A stretch of 64,000 bases of DNA from Clostridiales bacterium (GTDB lineage: Bacteria; Bacillota; Clostridia; Oscillospirales; Oscillospiraceae): NCBI GenBank assembly GCA_004553495.1, contig SFLE01000009.1, positions 33,616 to 97,615 on the forward strand, read 5' to 3'. The position numbers and the translations under genes were made by a program. The notes under the pieces were generated by a model, which saw nothing but the letters and a program-made list of their open reading frames with translations, ran no database searches and was not told the origin of the DNA. Shown piece by piece: positions 10,777 through 18,554 of this stretch (positions are counted from its first letter, which is position 1; each line of letters starts with the position of its first letter).

Positions 10777-11475
10777 TTATTTCAGCTCCCCGCCGGCAGC
10801 GAGAACGGCTGCGCGCGCAAGCTCCAGCGTAGGGTCGATGTGCGGGAAGGAGAGCGAGTACATTTCAAATGCGCACGGCAGCTCCGTGCAGCCGAGGATG
10901 AGCGTCTGCGCGCCCTCTGCAAGAAGCCCGGCACAAGTGCGCTCGAAAGCCGCGGTGTCGTGACCGGCGTCTCCGGCTTTCACGCCGTTATATACAATGT
11001 CCATAACCGCCGCCTGTCCCTCAGCCGTCGGTGTTATAAGCTCAATACCGCTGCCGGAAAAGCAGCGGTCGTATATCCCGGTCTGCACCGTGCCGTCGGT
11101 GGCTAGAAGCCCCGCACGCTTTATGCCCGCCTGTGTGAGCGCCTGCACCGTTATGCGTATCATGTGCAGCACCGGAACGCTCACAGCCGCGCAGACCTCG
11201 TCGTAAAACCCGTGCGCGGTGTTGCAGGGCATGATGATAAGGCCGGCTCCGGCGGCCTCAAGCGTGCGCGCGGAGCGCTGCAACTGCGGCACCGGACTTT
11301 CGCCGCCGCGTATGAGCGCCGCGGTGCGGTCGGGGATAGCGGTGTTGCTGTCTATGATGATGTGTATGTGCTCCTGGTCGCAGGAGGCTTTCGTAACGCT
11401 TGTTATCTTGCGGAAAAGGTCAGCCGTTGCGGCAGGACCCATGCCGCCGAGAATACCGATAGTTTTCCTTTTCAT
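10777..11475 (-). CDS. Aspartate/glutamate racemase-family amino-acid racemase
   Basis: MKRKTIGILGGMGPAATADLF, with the catalytic Cys contexts MPCNTAH and LGCTELP. Start set at ATG 11473-11475; the ORF-track extension to 11586 overlaps the tRNA-Thr gene and is rejected. Confidence 0.85.
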   Translation of the reverse strand: MKRKTIGILGGMGPAATADLFRKITSVTKASCDQEHIHIIIDSNTAIPDRTAALIRGGESPVPQLQRSARTLEAAGAGLIIMPCNTAHGFYDEVCAAVSVPVLHMIRITVQALTQAGIKRAGLLATDGTVQTGIYDRCFSGSGIELITPTAEGQAAVMDIVYNGVKAGDAGHDTAAFERTCAGLLAEGAQTLILGCTELPCAFEMYSLSFPHIDPTLELARAAVLAAGGELK

Positions 11476-11510
11476 AAAAATGCACCCCCGATAGTAGTCA
11501 TAAAAAGCCA

Positions 11511-11540
11511 AAACCCCGAAATCTGACGACTTCGGGGTTT
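11511..11540 (-). terminator. Terminator of the tRNA-Asp/tRNA-Thr transcription unit
   Basis: AAACCCCGAA-GTCGTCAGAT-TTCGGGGTTT on the minus strand, followed by a T-rich tract (TTTGGCTTTTT). Confidence 0.8.
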
Positions 11541-11541
11541 G

Positions 11542-11617
<76 letters not shown>

Positions 11618-11649
11618 AAAGCTGATGCCCCTCTTTCAAGGGGCATCTG

Positions 11650-11726
11650 TGGCGACCGAGAAGGGACTTGAACCCTCGACCTCCGGCGTGACAGGCCGGC
11701 GTTCTAACCGACTGAACCACTCGGCC
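11650..11726 (-). tRNA. tRNA-Asp (anticodon GUC), CCA encoded
   Basis: The reverse complement GGCCGAGTGGTTCAGTCGGTTAGAACGCCGGCCTGTCACGCCGGAGGTCGAGGGTTCAAGTCCCTTCTCGGTCGCCA has anticodon loop CT-GTC-AC and a 7-bp acceptor stem with one G-U pair. Confidence 0.93.
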
Positions 11727-11737
11727 ACGGCTCAGCT

Positions 11738-11766
11738 AATATAACAGATTTTTTGCCTCTTGTCAA
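11738..11766 (-). promoter_or_regulatory. Sigma-A promoter of the tRNA operon
   Basis: Minus strand reads TTGACA-17 nt-TATATT, about 10 nt upstream of the tRNA-Asp 5' end. Confidence 0.7.
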
Positions 11767-11918
11767 CAACTTTTGAAAACTTTTTTGCCGAACGGCGAAA
11801 TTTTTTCAGCGCTTCTTCTTTTTCTTCTTGGTTTTCTTGTTTTTATATCAACGACTATGTAGTAAGCGAGAATGCCGAGCACCAAAAATCCGACATATGC
11901 ATACCATGGCATATCCAT
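11763..11918 (-). CDS. Possible small membrane protein (51 aa)
   Basis: MDMPWYAYVGFLVLGILAYYIVVDIKTRKPRRKRR... has one TM helix and a basic tail, with a strong RBS AGGAGGGA immediately upstream. The longer ORF-track version (to 12116) has no RBS. Confidence 0.4.
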   Translation of the reverse strand: MDMPWYAYVGFLVLGILAYYIVVDIKTRKPRRKRRSAEKISPFGKKVFKSC

Positions 11919-12039
11919 CCCTCCTGACGAGATTAATATACAGTAAAATGCAGCTCGGGTCAAGGCGCAAAAAAGATATGGACAATAATGCGTGCATTGG
12001 GCTATAATTAACCGTATAAATTCCGAAAGGAAGAGGGCA

Positions 12040-13416
12040 ATGAAAAAGAATTTGAGATTTATTCTTGCGCTTTTCATAAGCAAGGCGGCAATGTGGCTGC
12101 AAAAGCTTCTGGGCATGAACGCAAGCTATTTTCCGGGCAAGCTCGCAATAAAGCTCTGCCCCGATTTCCTCGGCAGGATAGATAAGCCGAAAACCATTAT
12201 AACCGTCACCGGCACGAACGGCAAAACCACCTGCTGCAACCTCCTGCTGGATGTTCTCACCGACAACGGGTATGAGATACTGAACAACAGAGCGGGCTCA
12301 AACACCGATGCGGGCATCGCAAGCGCGCTCATCGCCGAGAGCACGCTGTCGGGCAAGGTGAAAAAGCAGTATGCCGTGTTTGAGGTCGATGAGCGCAGCT
12401 CGCAGAGGATATATAAATATGTCCACCCCGATTTTGCCGTTTGCACGAACCTTTTCCGCGATTCGATACAGCGCAACGCACATCCGGAGTTTATCTTCTC
12501 GTTTATCGACTCTGCGTTGCCGGACGATACGCACATGATACTCAATGCCGAGGACCCCATAAGCAGCAGACTGAAGACAAACAATAAGCGCACCTACTTC
12601 TCCATAAGCCGCCTGCCCAGCGACAGGACCGAGTGCGTAAATATCATAAACGATATGCGCGTGTGCCCCTGCTGCGGCGGAAAGCTCGAGTATGACTTCG
12701 TGCGCTATCACCACATCGGCAGGATGCACTGCCCCGACTGCGGCTTTGCGTCTCCCAAGCCCGACTATGAGGCGGCTCCCGACTACGAGGCAAAGACCTT
12801 CACCGTTCACACCAAAAACGGCGACGAGACCTATCCGCTCATAAACGACAGCGTTTTTAACACTTATAATCAGGTGACCGTTGTCGCCGTTCTGCGCGAG
12901 ATAGGGCTCAGCGCCAAAATGATAAGCGACAGTTTTGCGCACATGAGCATAGTCAAGTCGCGCTACACGAACATCGTTAAAAACGGCGTTGAGGTGGTCA
13001 CCAATATGACCAAGGGTCAGAATCCGGTGGCGTGCTCGATAGTGTTTGACTATATCCGCTCCGAATCTGGCGTTAAAGAGGTCATAGTCATGCTCGATGA
13101 CCTTACCTTCAAGAAAACGACCGAGATAGTCACATGGGTGTACGACGCGGACTTCGAGTTTTTAAACGATGAGAGCATAAAGCGCATAGTCGTGTGCGGC
13201 GTGAGGATGCACGATTACCACCTGCGCCTGCTGCTCGCCGGCGTTCCGGAAGAAAAGATCCGCTGCGTTGAGTTTGAGACCGACGCACCGGCGCAGCTTG
13301 AGCTCACTGGTACGGATAAGGTGTTTATCCTGCACGACCTGACGACGCCCAAGCTCACAAAGCAGGTGCGCGACGGCATTTTGGCGCGCCTTGAGGAAGG
13401 AGTGAGCGAGCAGTGA
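12040..13416 (+). CDS. murT: MurT-like Mur-ligase family protein (lipid II isoglutaminyl synthase ligase subunit family)
   Basis: P-loop VTGTNGKTT, the MurT-specific Cys4 ribbon CPCCGGKLEYDFVRYHHIGRMHCPDCG, EVDE and NLFRD motifs, and a C-terminal DUF1727-like WVYDADFE. Start at ATG 12040 (RBS GGAAGAGGG). Confidence 0.85.
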   Translation: MKKNLRFILALFISKAAMWLQKLLGMNASYFPGKLAIKLCPDFLGRIDKPKTIITVTGTNGKTTCCNLLLDVLTDNGYEILNNRAGSNTDAGIASALIAESTLSGKVKKQYAVFEVDERSSQRIYKYVHPDFAVCTNLFRDSIQRNAHPEFIFSFIDSALPDDTHMILNAEDPISSRLKTNNKRTYFSISRLPSDRTECVNIINDMRVCPCCGGKLEYDFVRYHHIGRMHCPDCGFASPKPDYEAAPDYEAKTFTVHTKNGDETYPLINDSVFNTYNQVTVVAVLREIGLSAKMISDSFAHMSIVKSRYTNIVKNGVEVVTNMTKGQNPVACSIVFDYIRSESGVKEVIVMLDDLTFKKTTEIVTWVYDADFEFLNDESIKRIVVCGVRMHDYHLRLLLAGVPEEKIRCVEFETDAPAQLELTGTDKVFILHDLTTPKLTKQVRDGILARLEEGVSEQ

Positions 13417-14123
13417 AAATAGAGATACTGTTTCCCGAGTTTGCAAACCTCTTCGGCGATTGCTGGAACTGGAGATACTTGGAGCGGTGTATGCCCGAAG
13501 CCGAGTTCGTTGAGACCGGCTATACCGACGAGCCGCGTTTTGCATCGGAAAAGGTGGATATGATAATCATGGGCGCCATGACCGAGAGCAAGCAGGAGCT
13601 CGTTATAAAAAAGCTCATGCCATACAGAGACAGACTGCGCCGGCTCATAGACTCCGGCACCGTGTTCCTTATGACCGCGAACGCCGGTGAGGTGTTCTGC
13701 GAGTATATCGAGAACGAGGACGGCAGCCGCGTTACCGCGCTCGGGCTCATCCCGCTGCACGCAAAGCGCGATATGCTGCACAGGTTTAACTCAACTCAGC
13801 TCTGCGAGTTCGGGAACATGGAACTCGTCGGCTTCAAGGCGGAGTTTTCGCAGCTTTACGGGGATAATAAGAACATCTGCTTTGCCCGCGCAAAATACGG
13901 CATAGGCATAAATAAGGGAACAAAGCTCGAGGGTGTGAGAGTCAACAACTTCTTCTCGACCTCTATGGTCGGCCCGTTTATAATGATGAACCCCGAATTC
14001 GTGAAATACCTCATGAAGCTCTTGGGTGTTGAGGAGCCTAAGCTTGCGTATGAGGAGACTATATACGCCGCTTACGAGCGCCGCCGCGCGGACATCATCC
14101 GCATGATGGACGAAAATAAATAA
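13413..14123 (+). CDS. gatD: GatD-like (CobQ-type glutamine amidotransferase fold) partner of MurT; catalytic residues apparently substituted
   Basis: GTG start overlaps the murT stop (GTGA). It aligns by eye along its length with S. aureus GatD (recalled sequence), but the Cys of ICGGYQ reads TANAGE and the His of YLHGP reads SMVGP. Confidence 0.75.
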   Translation: MKIEILFPEFANLFGDCWNWRYLERCMPEAEFVETGYTDEPRFASEKVDMIIMGAMTESKQELVIKKLMPYRDRLRRLIDSGTVFLMTANAGEVFCEYIENEDGSRVTALGLIPLHAKRDMLHRFNSTQLCEFGNMELVGFKAEFSQLYGDNKNICFARAKYGIGINKGTKLEGVRVNNFFSTSMVGPFIMMNPEFVKYLMKLLGVEEPKLAYEETIYAAYERRRADIIRMMDENK

Positions 14124-14132
14124 ATTATCAAA

Positions 14133-14161
14133 AAAACCGAGGTCAATTGACCTCGGTTTTT
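14133..14161. terminator. Terminator hairpin, copy 1 of a 29-bp identical palindromic repeat
   Basis: AAAACCGAGGTCAATTGACCTCGGTTTTT: 10-bp stem around AATT, with A-run and T-run flanks. Identical to 18526-18554. Confidence 0.9.
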
Positions 14162-14244
14162 GCACGCTATGCTACTTTTGTTGCAGATGAGAGAATGTTT
14201 AGACTGTATGATAATAATGTAACGATGTAGAAAGGGGCGCTGTA

Positions 14245-15120
14245 ATGGGCAGTCTGTTATATAGTCCGTCGCAGTTTGGCGATGTTGAGATAATGCGGGA
14301 CGAAGGTAATGCCTTCGTCGGACTTGCAACGCCCGACGGGGTAGAAGCCTGCACGCTTGACAGCCCCTTTATTGCCGATAAAAAGGTTCTTTCTGGCTAT
14401 GACGATGCCTGCGTCCAGATACGAAGAATTTTGACCGCCAAGATGAAGCTTGAGCTTCCGAGGGGCTACAGCCTCGCGCTCACGCCCGAGGATCTGGCGG
14501 TGTTTTTTTCGCAGGAGTGCGATATGAGCACGATGCGCGAATACATCGACGCAAAACGAGGGCTGGTCGCGGCGGAGACGGCGCTTTGGAGGCGTGAGCG
14601 CGCATGGGACACAAATCCTATGACCGCGCAGGAGGCAGCGGCGCACAATTTCGTGTTCGATGCTCAGAGCGGAGCAATAGCCACCGACGGGTGCTTTAAT
14701 CCGGCAACTAAAGTTGAGCTTCCGTCGTCGATCGACGGTGCTCGCGTGCGTGGGATAAAGGAATACGCCTTCGTGTCGTACACTTATCTTGAAACGCTTA
14801 TAATGCCCAACAGCGTGACATATCTTGAGCCTTATGCCTTTTACGATAAGGTCCATCTGCGCAATGCGAACCTGTCGAAAAATCTGACGAGAATATCCGA
14901 GGGCGCGTTCGCGCGCTGCCGTGCGCTCAATTCAATAGTCATACCCGAGGGTGTTACTCATATCGAGCCCGAGGCGTTTTATAAGTGCGCGAATCTTTTT
15001 TCGGTCTATATACCGGACAGTGTCGTGTCCGTCGGCAGGTGCGCTTTTCTGGATGTGCCGCATGTATATTACAAAGGTTCTGCCAAGGGCTTCCCATGGG
15101 GCGCGGCGGTCGGAAACTGA
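14245..15120 (+). CDS. Cytoplasmic BspA-type leucine-rich-repeat (LRR_5-like) protein with an unassigned N-domain
   Basis: 291 aa with no signal peptide or TM helix. The C-terminal half consists of ~23-aa repeats of the form AF..C..L..I.IP..V..I (IKEYAFVSYTYLETLIMPNSVTYLEPYAF; ISEGAFARCRALNSIVIPEGVTHIEPEAFYKCANLFSVYIPDSVVSVGRCAF). Confidence 0.7.
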   Translation: MGSLLYSPSQFGDVEIMRDEGNAFVGLATPDGVEACTLDSPFIADKKVLSGYDDACVQIRRILTAKMKLELPRGYSLALTPEDLAVFFSQECDMSTMREYIDAKRGLVAAETALWRRERAWDTNPMTAQEAAAHNFVFDAQSGAIATDGCFNPATKVELPSSIDGARVRGIKEYAFVSYTYLETLIMPNSVTYLEPYAFYDKVHLRNANLSKNLTRISEGAFARCRALNSIVIPEGVTHIEPEAFYKCANLFSVYIPDSVVSVGRCAFLDVPHVYYKGSAKGFPWGAAVGN

Positions 15121-15132
15121 AGGAGAGATAAA

Positions 15133-16437
15133 ATGAGAGGAAAAACCGAGAAGGTCATATGCGGCGGCAGCAATATGCGCGCGCCTATGAAGCTTGATTT
15201 CATAAGCTCGCTGAGTGAAGAGCGGTCTGCCGACTGGCCCGAGATCGTCATAGCGCGCTCCTCCCGCGAGGGCGAGCCCGTGTGCTTTGCCGCCGAGGAG
15301 GACGCGGGCGATATCTTTAACTGCATCGGCATCGTATCCGAGCCAACGGAGCAGCTTATATCCATGCTGCGTACAGCGCCCGTCACTGCGCGTCCGCGCG
15401 CACTTTGCAGAAAAGACGGAACGGTATGCACTGCCGACGATCCGGCTGTGTGGGGCTTCATAGCCGAGTATGAGACTGCCGACAAGCTGTCCGCCGCAGT
15501 GCGCGAGGCGATAGCTCAGGCGGTGCTGCGCGGCTGCGGAAGCGAGACGGAGCTCAATGACAGAGCCGAATATATGCTCGAGCAGGGCATACCGCAGAAG
15601 ATAATAATTCGCGCACTTGAGCATATGCTCGCAGAGCCCGCGTACCCCGAACTCGTACCCTGCCCGCCGGTGAGATTTGTGCAGGCCGACGCTTACGGGG
15701 AGCTCACGCGTGGTCTGGCATACCGCATGTCGGGTCTCAACCTCCGTCTCATCGGCGGCAAGGGCTGCGGCAAGAACACGCTTGCGCAGACGCTCGACTG
15801 GCTTCTGAACATCCCGCAGTACAGGATGCAGGGCAACGCCGAAATGGATAAGCTCGATCTTCTCGGCGGTCCGACGATAGAAAACGGAACGCTGCACTAT
15901 AAGCTCAGCGATATGCTGCGCTATATCGAGGCAGGAGCGGATGTCGTGCTTGACGAGGGCAACACCATAAAGCCCGAGTGCGCCGATGTGCTGCACTCGC
16001 TGACCGACGAGGCGCGCAGAATACAGGTGCCAGGCTATGGACTTGTGAAAATGCACCCGAAATCCTCGTTTACTATAACCATGAACGAGGGCTATGCAGG
16101 AACAAATTACATGAACGAGGCGACCATCGACCGATTTACTCCGATACAGATGTCAGAGCCCGAGAGCGTAAAGGAGATACTGCGCCGCGTCGTGCCTACT
16201 GCGCCGGAGCACTGCCTGAGCATCTGCGATGTGGTCTACTGTGCGATAAAAAGCCGCATCGACTCAGCCGGCGGTCTCGAGCCCGAGGCGATGACGATCC
16301 GCGGTCTTGTTGACGCTCTGCGCGCCGAACCGCTGCTGGGACTCAAATGGGGCCTGTTGGATAATGTCGCAGCCAAGCCGCAGGATCAGTATACTCGCCT
16401 GCAGCTTACAGAGCTCATAGAGAGCGTGGTGCCCTGA
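15133..16437 (+). CDS. AAA+ ATPase, AAA_5 / CobS-MoxR-like core with a ~200-aa unassigned N-domain
   Basis: RBS AGGAGA. Walker A LIGGKGCGKNT (Asn in place of Ser/Thr), Walker B DVVLDEGN, TITMNEGY...ATIDRF. Its stop overlaps the next start (TGATG). Confidence 0.8.
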   Translation: MRGKTEKVICGGSNMRAPMKLDFISSLSEERSADWPEIVIARSSREGEPVCFAAEEDAGDIFNCIGIVSEPTEQLISMLRTAPVTARPRALCRKDGTVCTADDPAVWGFIAEYETADKLSAAVREAIAQAVLRGCGSETELNDRAEYMLEQGIPQKIIIRALEHMLAEPAYPELVPCPPVRFVQADAYGELTRGLAYRMSGLNLRLIGGKGCGKNTLAQTLDWLLNIPQYRMQGNAEMDKLDLLGGPTIENGTLHYKLSDMLRYIEAGADVVLDEGNTIKPECADVLHSLTDEARRIQVPGYGLVKMHPKSSFTITMNEGYAGTNYMNEATIDRFTPIQMSEPESVKEILRRVVPTAPEHCLSICDVVYCAIKSRIDSAGGLEPEAMTIRGLVDALRAEPLLGLKWGLLDNVAAKPQDQYTRLQLTELIESVVP

Positions 16438-18527
16438 TGGACGCCGGTGCACTTGAGCGGTATGAGGAGTTTTTACGCTCAGAGCCTATCGAGAGTATAC
16501 TCAGCCGAAACCTCGGCTTTCTCCTCTATGATAATGAGCTCGTTTCCGCCGTGAAGCTCGATACCTCGCTTAAAAATCGCACTGAGGGAGGGCAGGTGAT
16601 CCTTGGCGGTGTGCCGTATCTTCTGCGCCCCGACTTTGACCGCCGCCACTGGACGGCGGGACTTCGCGTGCTTTTGGCGCACAAGGTGCAGCACGATAAC
16701 AGCTCCGATTCCGATGCTCTAAAGAGAGTGTGCGAATTTTCCGAGCGCCTTTTTGAAGAGCGGGGCTTTCGCCCATTTGTCGGGCACATACTCGGGCAGC
16801 GGGTCATGAACATCCTCGAGGATGCGAGAGTGAACAACATCATCTGCTGCCGCTTCCCGGGCTATGTCCCCATGCTGCGCTTTGTGAGCTATGCAAAAAC
16901 GGACAGCCTCGAGCCGGACGGCACCCTGGAGGAGTTTTTCGCGCGGCTTGAGATATGCGCGCTCACGGGCCTCGGCTCGGGTCTCGACGGGGAGATAAAA
17001 AGGCTGATTGACGCAGCCGCCGTCGCAAAGACCTGTGCTGACTGTGAGAGGATATGCTTACAGATGTTAACGGGCACGGCGGAGCTTTTTGCGCGGCTTT
17101 GCGGCGCAGAGCCCGATCTGCCCGCAGCGCTCGAGAGGATAAACGCGCAGATCGAGGACTATGCGTTTTCAGCCGAAACGCGCCTTGAGCAGCGCGGCGA
17201 CGGCAGCGACAGCTATCTGCGCAGTCACGCGCCCGAGCCGGAAACCGAGCGCAAGGGCACGCCCGACGACGGCGACGATGCCGACGGCGATAAAGGCAAC
17301 AGCGCAAGCCCTGGCAGCGGAGATAATTCCGAGCGCCGCGGCGATATGAGCGGCAGTCTCACGGGATCCGATGTGAAGCCTAAGGACAGCGCAGGAACTG
17401 ACGGACGAGAGGACAGGGGCGCGTCGTCGAGCGCCGGACGCTCGACAAACCACGGACAGAGCAGCTCGCTCGGCATAAAAAACGACTCCGGAAGCGCCCT
17501 CTCCAAGGCTTTTGCCGAAGGACCGAACTCCGTGCGCGAGGTCATCGGTGCGGGATTTTCCCGCAAGCGCTCGGCGGCGCTGACCGAGGCGGAGCTCAAT
17601 CAGATGCTCGGCAGCGCGGCATCGGAGCTCCTGCGCGAGCGGCGGTATGAAAAACTGAGCACCGTTCAAGCCGCGGGCGCAAGCCGTCTGAGCCTTGACG
17701 ACCGCTCGAAGCTTGCGGGAGCTTACTCCTCCGTCAAATTTGAAGAGAGCAGCATAGCTCCCACTCGGCGCAGACTTCCGCCGCAGTACGCAGAAAAGGC
17801 CCGGCAGATGCACAAGCGGCTCGACCGCATCCTGCGTGAGCAGCGCAGACGCAGCCTCAGTCAGCGGCGCGGCGCACTCTCGGAAAGCGAGCTGTGGAAA
17901 ATTCCGCTCGGCTCAAGGCACATATTCAAGAGCAAAACGCCGCCGAAAACGCGCGAGACCGCCTTTTATCTGCTCATCGACCGCAGCGGAAGCATGGGTA
18001 CGGGGCTCGGCAACGGCAGCTCGAAGCTCTTCACGGCGCTCATGACGGCTGCGATGATAGAGGAGGCGCTGAAGGATATAGCCTATACGAAGATAGTCGC
18101 CTTCGACGGCGGACCGGACATCGTCGAGCATTGCGTCATAAAGGATTTCGAGCAAAAGGAGTTCGGCAGCCGCTGCTTTGATGCGATAACGCAGCTTTCC
18201 GCCGGAAACGGTAATAAGGACGGCTATTCCATCCGCGTTGCGTCCATGGAGCTCATAAAGCGCTGCGAAAAGCGCAGGATACTGGTCGTTCTGTCCGACG
18301 GGCTGCCGTCTGCATACAGGGGCGAGGCGGAGGCAATAGAGGATGTGCGCAGCGCGGTGCACGAGGCAAAGCGACGCGGCATAATCGTGATCCCCGTCAT
18401 CTATGCCGCCGACACGAAGCACAGCCTCGAGGCGTATATGAAGATGTATGGCAAGAATCTCATTCTCGCGTCCGACAGCAGCATTCTGTCCGAGTTTGAA
18501 AAGATGTTGATCAAGCTTATAAAATAA
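16437..18527 (+). CDS. VWA-domain protein, CobT/NorD-like (N-domain, long acidic disordered linker, C-terminal VWA)
   Basis: 696 aa. MIDAS motif LLIDRSGSMG...GNKDGYSIRVA...VVLSDGLPS. Central low-complexity stretch PEPETERKGTPDDGDDADGDKGNSASPGSGDNSERRGD...SSSAGRSTNHGQSSS, like the acidic linker of CobT. Confidence 0.8.
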   Translation: MDAGALERYEEFLRSEPIESILSRNLGFLLYDNELVSAVKLDTSLKNRTEGGQVILGGVPYLLRPDFDRRHWTAGLRVLLAHKVQHDNSSDSDALKRVCEFSERLFEERGFRPFVGHILGQRVMNILEDARVNNIICCRFPGYVPMLRFVSYAKTDSLEPDGTLEEFFARLEICALTGLGSGLDGEIKRLIDAAAVAKTCADCERICLQMLTGTAELFARLCGAEPDLPAALERINAQIEDYAFSAETRLEQRGDGSDSYLRSHAPEPETERKGTPDDGDDADGDKGNSASPGSGDNSERRGDMSGSLTGSDVKPKDSAGTDGREDRGASSSAGRSTNHGQSSSLGIKNDSGSALSKAFAEGPNSVREVIGAGFSRKRSAALTEAELNQMLGSAASELLRERRYEKLSTVQAAGASRLSLDDRSKLAGAYSSVKFEESSIAPTRRRLPPQYAEKARQMHKRLDRILREQRRRSLSQRRGALSESELWKIPLGSRHIFKSKTPPKTRETAFYLLIDRSGSMGTGLGNGSSKLFTALMTAAMIEEALKDIAYTKIVAFDGGPDIVEHCVIKDFEQKEFGSRCFDAITQLSAGNGNKDGYSIRVASMELIKRCEKRRILVVLSDGLPSAYRGEAEAIEDVRSAVHEAKRRGIIVIPVIYAADTKHSLEAYMKMYGKNLILASDSSILSEFEKMLIKLIK

Positions 18528-18554
18528 AACCGAGGTCAATTGACCTCGGTTTTT
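18526..18554. terminator. Terminator hairpin, copy 2 of the 29-bp identical palindromic repeat (bidirectional; abuts the stop of the MBL gene)
   Basis: AAAACCGAGGTCAATTGACCTCGGTTTTT, identical to 14133-14161. Confidence 0.9.

Noticed and set aside
11624-11648. Hairpin GATGCCCCT-CTTTCA-AGGGGCATC between the two tRNA genes
   Set aside because: It is probably just a spacer or processing structure in the tRNA precursor. It has no T-run and nothing suggests an independent function.
16889-17813. Several Arg/Ala/Ser-rich ORFs on both strands inside the VWA gene
   Set aside because: They lie over the GC-rich low-complexity linker region of the 696-aa VWA protein. They are frame artefacts of the repetitive GAC/GGC/AGC composition.
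14133-18554. Reading the two identical hairpins as terminal inverted repeats of an IS, MITE or transposon
   Set aside because: There is no transposase or recombinase inside. Each copy is itself a palindrome followed by a T-run, that is, a functional terminator. No target-site duplication is visible. It is kept as a finding about a possible insertion or recombination scar, not called a mobile element.
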